This document shows, in pieces, positions 50,675 to 56,308 of a stretch of 56,308 nucleotides of DNA. Numbering within the stretch: position 1 is the stretch's first letter; every line of letters begins with the position of its first letter. Under the pieces are notes generated by a model, which made no database searches, was not told where the DNA came from, and saw only the letters and a list, made by a program, of their open reading frames with translations. The stretch is from Octopus bimaculoides (taxonomy: Eukaryota): positions 69,593,211 through 69,649,518 of the forward strand of contig NC_068981.1 of assembly GCF_001194135.2 (NCBI RefSeq). The letters are read 5' to 3'. The translations under genes and the position numbers were made by a program.

Positions 50675-53600
50675 TGCAACGCGTCCCTTCCACAGAAAGC
50701 GGAAAAGTAGGCACTTCAGTTTGGTCAGACTCGAACTGGAACAAGGCACGGTGAGGTGGTAGTAGTTGATAGATGCAATGTAATCATTCACCAACTCTTA
50801 CCGACCTTCCAGGGATAGTTTTCTCTCAGCATATTTCGGGTGAGACTGGCTATCTTGCTCGCCACCTCTTCCCAGTTCTTCTCCACTTAGAGGTCTCGAC
50901 AGAACCAGATCGCGAGCAATTGAACAACCTTCCGAGCAGCTGTTGGGAAGCATGTATCTGCACCAAGTTGCTGGCCCACTGACTTCTAGTAACTTTTTTC
51001 TCCTATCACTGCCTTGTATTCATTTACAGCCGTGCTTACCAGGATTATGTGCCTGCTGTTCGACATATGGCAGTGTCGTTTTCTACGTATGCTGACATGG
51101 TTCTACCACGTCTTAGTTTTTGCGGGATGCATCTGAACGCCTCCAGTTTCTGCACTAGTGTCTATAGACTCATTACATACAGGAAGGACTGGAGGGGACA
51201 CCCTTACGGACTGAGCAAATGATACTGAATGGTATGGATAGGTAAAAATTCACCCGAAATATCGATCAAATTTAGCTATACATTGCTGCGATCCAGCTAC
51301 GGAAAACGGGACCGAGAGCGGCCACGAATTATTGGGGGTCAACCCTATCAAAGGCATTAGATTGATACAAATTGATCAAAGACACAATCATGTCTGCTTC
51401 ATTACCCACTCTGACTATGATGTGTTGCAGGAGGTGGAGGTTGTCGCGATGGGATCTGCTTTGGTCGGCGCATGTTTGCACATCGCCAGTTATTTGCTCG
51501 AGGACGGTATTAGCCAACCTCTCCGCTAATAACTTGGTTAAATGTTTCGAGTCTACAGTTAAAAGTGTTATGGGCCTAAGATTTTCTATTTGATCCCTCT
51601 TATTTAGGCCCTTTCTCAGCAGTTTGACTGCACCTTGACTCACAGAACTAGGAATACTCCGATTCTGTTGGGAGTTGCGGTAGATATCTGCTAAAGAGCC
51701 TCCAGAAAAGTTTGACATATAATAGTAAAGCTCGAAGGGTAGATTATCCAAACCAGGCGATTTGCTACCCGTGCAGCTTATCGCATTCCGTAATTTCGCG
51801 GATTTGTTACTACGTTAAAATAGTCACTCGGGCCATCGAGCGGCTTTAGTTCCTTCGTTTATTAGAGCACGTGCCTTAGTTTTGACAATACATCCTTCGT
51901 GTTTGGCGCTGAAGAATTGGTCCAGGACTAAGCTCGGCACCAACACGTCAGTTGCAATACTTCTCCTAAGCGCCACTTAAAGTTCTTAACTAGGTTTCCT
52001 TTTATTCTATTCATCTGTATTGCTAGTGCCTTACTAAACTTCATCGATTCTATTGTAATTGCTCTTTTCACTATTCGTTGTTGAAGATTGACCCAGTTAA
52101 ACGCCCGCATAACTGATTCGCTAATCCGGTCACTTCAAACCTGGAACGCCGGGAGTGGTAGTGTCGGTGGTGGTGGCGGCGGCGGCGGTAAAAGTGCTGG
52201 TCTCTCTTCTATCCTTTACTGTGGGGAGAAAGCTCTTAGATGGTTTTTGTCTCTGATCAGGTGACATTTTGACTTTCTGCATTTGACAGCCACGGGAAGT
52301 ATTGTGCCATCTAATGGACTTATGTAAACTGGCACGATTTACTAGTCAGCTTGTATTAGAAGCTGCATCTTCTGTCCTAACCAGTTCTGCTTGTGAATTT
52401 CCTGTATTCGTAGAATTGCAGCCACTTACCAGCTAATGTTAATTTCTGGTGGGAAGTTGAATATTTTAACTCCAAATACACTTCGACCAAGGCCGATGGG
52501 AAGTGGATGATTTCATCACTTGATAAGGTAGCTCTCGAGTGTTGTTTTTTATCTCACGCTCTGAGGTGAACATCGCTTCGACAGTCCCATATTTCTTCCC
52601 CTAGCCACTTCACATACGTTTTGCTTTTCGAACTGGTTTTAGGTATTTCTCTATTTGCTGCAGTGTTGGTTGCTCCACTTTCGTACTTTTGACTCCGATT
52701 GTTTTAAATATTGGGTTGGCAACTAAGATTCTGCCGTTGTTTTTTTATTTTATTTTAGAATCTATAATTGTCGAGAATTCAATTTTTGAATAATTTCGTA
52801 ATCTATCTTGTTTTTTTTTCCTAGTTAGTTTTAGTTAATCTTTGTTTATTTTCAGATCATTAAAATGGAATGTCAAGTTAAGAAAAACGAGCATCTTCGA
52901 CACCTCCTTTTTGCTTTTAATCAAGGTTCTAAGGCCGCAAAAGCTGCTCGCGACATTTGTGCTGCGTATGGAGAGGGTGCCATAGCTGAAAGAACCGCTC
53001 GTGATTGGTATGCCAAGTTAAAAATGGAAATTTTGACCTCAAAGACGCACCTCGTTCTGGCCGTCTAGTTGGGTTCGATGAAGAGTGATTAAACGAACTT
53101 TTGCACGAAAATTATCTTCAAGCGACAGGGGTACTGGTAGAAAAAATGGAATAATCCCACACTGCTATATAGAAGCATTTTCACCCGATGGGAAAGGTTC
53201 AGAAATATGGAGCATGGGTTCCGCATGTTTTAAGTGACAACAAAAATCAACGAGCCACAATCTCCGCTGGTTTCCTTACTGTCACCGCTCAACTCATGCA
53301 TACAAGCAACGATTGCTTTACCGTATTGTTACTGGCGACAAAAAATGGTGCCTGTACATCAATATGAAGCAGCGTAAGGAATGGCTTAGCCCCGGTAAAC
53401 AAGTGACACCACGCGTGAAACAAGATCTTCATCCGCGTAAAAGGTTGTTGTGCATATGGTGGGACAGGGAATGTAATTATCCATTACGAATTGCTTGAAC
53501 GGAACCCAACGGTTAACGTGGGAACTCGATGTTCAACAGATGGAATGACTCAAAACGGCTATTCAAGAGAAAAGTCCTAATCGTCAGCTGCACGACAACG

Positions 53601-54560
53601 CCCGCCCTCATATCCCCAATATGACCAAGGAAGCCATTCAAACGCACGGCTGGGAAGTGTTGCCACACCCACCGTACTCTCCTGATTTGGCACCAACGGA
53701 TTTCCACCTCTTTTGATCTCTTTCAAATGTTATGCGCGGATTTTCGTTCAGTAATGATGCAGAATTGAGAGCTTGGTTGGATCAATTTTTCTAGTCGAAA
53801 TCGGGTGATTTCCACCAACAAGGTATCGAAAATCTTGTTGAACATTGAGAAGAAATTGTAAACAACAAGGGTGAATACATTATTGATTAATCAGTGCTTA
53901 GTTTTTATTAAACCTTTTGAAAAATTTAAATTATAGAAAAACGGCGGGAATTTATTTGCCAACCCAATAGAACTGTTCGCAAATCAATTTCTTTTAAAGA
54001 GTTCTGAAAATATGTAATGCCAGATTTGGCATTCTTGAACTGATTTTAATCAAAGAGAACATCTTCATTTACTTGCCAGGTCGCTTGAGCATAACCGAAA
54101 TAGTTCCAGTAGGATATGGTTGTCTTGATTTCGTCGTATTTTTCGGCAATTATCTTGGTGACGGTGGTAGTGCTGGATCTGCTGGTGGCACCGGGAGTGG
54201 ACAGGTTGTTGCTTTTTTCCCTTTCTTTTTTTTTTGTTCTTGTGATGATTAATTGGAGGGCAGGAGCAAGGGAAATTCGTTTTCATGTTTCACGTGCGTT
54301 ATTGTCGTTATCGTTGTTGTTGCCGTAGTTACTGCTGCTGCTGCTGGAGCAGTCAATGTCTTTCGCGACTCGGTCGTTCTCTTTTTCAGACAACCAGTTG
54401 TTTCTTCCAGCGGACAGAAAATTGTTGTTCATCATCTTTGATTTTAGCAAAAACATGATGGGCGTCTTAGTCCAAACAAACAAACACAAAAATAGCCCTT
54501 AACGGCTGCAGATGGAGAAGAACTAATTAGGTCCCGAAGGTTCTGGTTTGTTTAGCTAAA
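50675..54560 (-). mobile_element. Tx1-like (L1 clade) element: 5' UTR, ORF1 and internally deleted ORF2, split by a mariner
   Basis: ORF2: KSPGLDNLPFELY, LRPITLL..LAERL, QTCA..DNLHL, NLYQSNAFDRVD, RKLSLEGR, FRFLWKGRV (50675-52110). ORF1-like: KYGTVEAMF, VKIFNFPPEINISW, LPVAV..KCHL..HLRA and a Pro run (52140-52708). The frame continues at 53968-54489 beyond the mariner. The endonuclease is absent. Confidence 0.85.
52711..53967 (+). mobile_element. Full-length defective D34D mariner (1257 bp) with TIRs and TA TSD
   Basis: TIRs TTGGGTTGGCAACTAAG.. and reverse complement TTGGGTTGGCAAATAAA.. (12 identical terminal bp, loose to about 28); TA at 52709-10 and 53968-69. Transposase from 52865: MECQVKKNEHLRH, GAWVPHVL, IVTGDKKW, LHDNARPH, HPPYSPDLAPTDFHLF, KGEYIID*. 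Frameshifts and stops. TIR resembles mellifera-group mariners (recalled). Confidence 0.97.
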
Positions 54561-54659
54561 TAAAAATTAGAAAATTACAATGTATAACAATGTGTAACAA
54601 TATAAATATCAGCAAAACTTTCTGAGCGATGTGCAACACGTATCGATAGCAAATAACAA

Positions 54660-54955
54660 TAACAATTGTAGATATGGTAAATGAAGAAAGTGAAGATAGT
54701 GCCAATTATTGTTGGGTCTTTGGGAACTGTGTCAGAAGGCATCAAGATGAATATAAAAGAAATTGGAATAGAGTACCCAGTAGAACTGTTGCAAACGTTC
54801 TGCCTCCTTGGCACGGCAACAATAGTCAGGAAAGTATTAGAAAGCTGAAAAGAAAGGATAGCACGTTATCGTGGGCTGCATGTAGCAAGCCCACTTACGT
54901 ATGAAAAACTCCAGGATCGCCAACAAAACATGCGATAAAGCGAAGTAATAATCAG
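54660..54955 (+). mobile_element. 5'-truncated R4/Dong-like 3' end (subfamily B) with 3' UTR
   Basis: Frame MKKVKIVPIIVGSLGTVSEGIK..IGIEYPVELLQTFCLLGTATIVRKVLES*. Preceded by AATAACAATAAC, followed by GTAATAAT. Confidence 0.85.
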
Positions 54956-55149
54956 AATACATAGTCTTGTGAAATTTTATCGCTGCAATCATGAGATTTC
55001 AGTAAGAGAAAAGTCACGTTTGAGAGGTAATTATTAAATAAGGTTAATGCGTTATTTGTTTTTATGTTATCAAACAATAATAATTATCATTTACATTGGC
55101 ATCAGTTGTCAGACACAATTCCCTTGTAAGACAAAACAATGATAGCTCT

Positions 55150-56195
55150 GATATGATTTTGAACATGAGACAAAAGGGGAAAAATAGCGCCAAACTACTG
55201 TAAATACAATCCAATCTTTAATTGAGATGTCAATCCAGCTTTAAATGCCTGGGAATACTTGCCGCAGATGGAATAAAACAGAATGACATGGAGGAAAAGA
55301 CAAAATGAGTGTACCGGCAACGAGTGAAATAATTTTGGGCGTCAAAACTGAATGCCAGAAACATAATTTCGGTAATAAACTCACGTGCAGTCGCAACAGT
55401 TCGTTGTGATACTGGAATCCTGAAGTGAACAGAGTAGGATCTGAAGGTTATGGACAGAAAGTCAAGAATACTTCTAACGATGCATGGTTTCCATCATCCA
55501 TGTGCGGACACTGATCTCATATACATGAAGAAATCAAATGGAGGAATGGTACTGATAGATATGGAAGACTGCGTGCGTATCGAACTCGATAGTTTAATGA
55601 GATATCTAGCCCAAGTTAAGGAAACCTTGCTAGTGACAGTTAGGAACAAGGGAGCATTGAAAGCAGAGAAAAAAATAGGACAAATTGCAAAAAGGATATG
55701 AAGAAGTCCGCGAGAAGAGACAGGGCAATCAATTGCATGCAGCCAAAACGGAAGCTGCTGAAAAAAAATAGGTGAAATTGGCTGATGTAAGGAACCTTAA
55801 AAAAGAGACCGTAAGCAGTGTACTGGCAGCACAAGAGCAAGGTTCGGCCAGGAACACCTTAGGAATGAGCAAGTGTCTCCGCTGTGCCGCATCTACAATA
55901 GGGTGGGTGACACCATTGCCCATGTAACGAACGAATGCCCTAGACCTGCCCCAAACCACTAAAAGATGTGGCGACACGATCAAGTATCAAAAGTGCTACA
56001 CTGTAAACTGAGCGAAAAATGTGGACTACAGAGATTCAAGACGTGGTATGAGCACAAACCTCAGAGAATGGAAGAGACGAAGACTAACAAAATCCTCTGA
56101 TATTTCCCAAACCAAACAGATCAGGTGCTAGAGCATAACACACCGGACCTAGTTGTTATGGACAAGATGCACCACATATGCTATATCACGAAGCT
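55150..56195 (+). mobile_element. R4/Dong-like fragment (post-RT, zinc knuckle, start of RLE)
   Basis: KLNARNIISVINSRAV, MDRKSRILLTMHGFHHPCADTD.IY..GGMVLI (ORF 55450-55701), GTLKKET..LAAQEQ, RHDQVSKVLH, WYEHKPQR, QTDQVLEHNTPDLVV.DK..CYI. Ends at (AAT)n. Confidence 0.9.
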
Positions 56196-56209
56196 TTGTG
56201 ATAAATAGA

Positions 56210-56289
<80 letters not shown>
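56210..56289. repeat. (AAT)n microsatellite, about 27 units
   Basis: Direct read. Confidence 0.98.
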
Positions 56290-56290
<1 letters not shown>

Positions 56291-56308
56291 CAAAAGAAAA
56301 AGAATGAA

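Noticed and set aside
54078-54130. Plus-strand ITEIVPVGYG resembling EF-1-beta
   Set aside because: The region is explained as the antisense of Tx1 ORF1; similarity does not extend.

Overview
AT-rich, microsatellite-dense animal genomic DNA with ten N-gaps. The repeat families point to an Octopus-like cephalopod; this is inferred from recalled family consensus features, not from a search. I found no complete protein-coding gene, rRNA, true tRNA or CRISPR array. Most listed ORFs are translated microsatellites or gaps. The window is mostly decayed transposons: about six to seven R4/Dong-like RLE-endonuclease LINE remnants, two Tx1-like elements, one older L1-clade remnant, one CR1-type LINE interrupted by a SINE with a visible TSD, two D34D mariners (one full-length with TIRs and TA TSD), one maT/DD37D remnant, three tRNA-derived SINE families, a ~280-bp MITE, a ~270-bp fold-back with a degenerate hammerhead-like motif, and Helitron-like termini. 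The best host-gene candidate is an orphan, very basic terminal exon at 9330-9641 (-). Family assignments come from manual frameshift-tolerant translation and recalled motifs. Boundaries of decayed elements are approximate.
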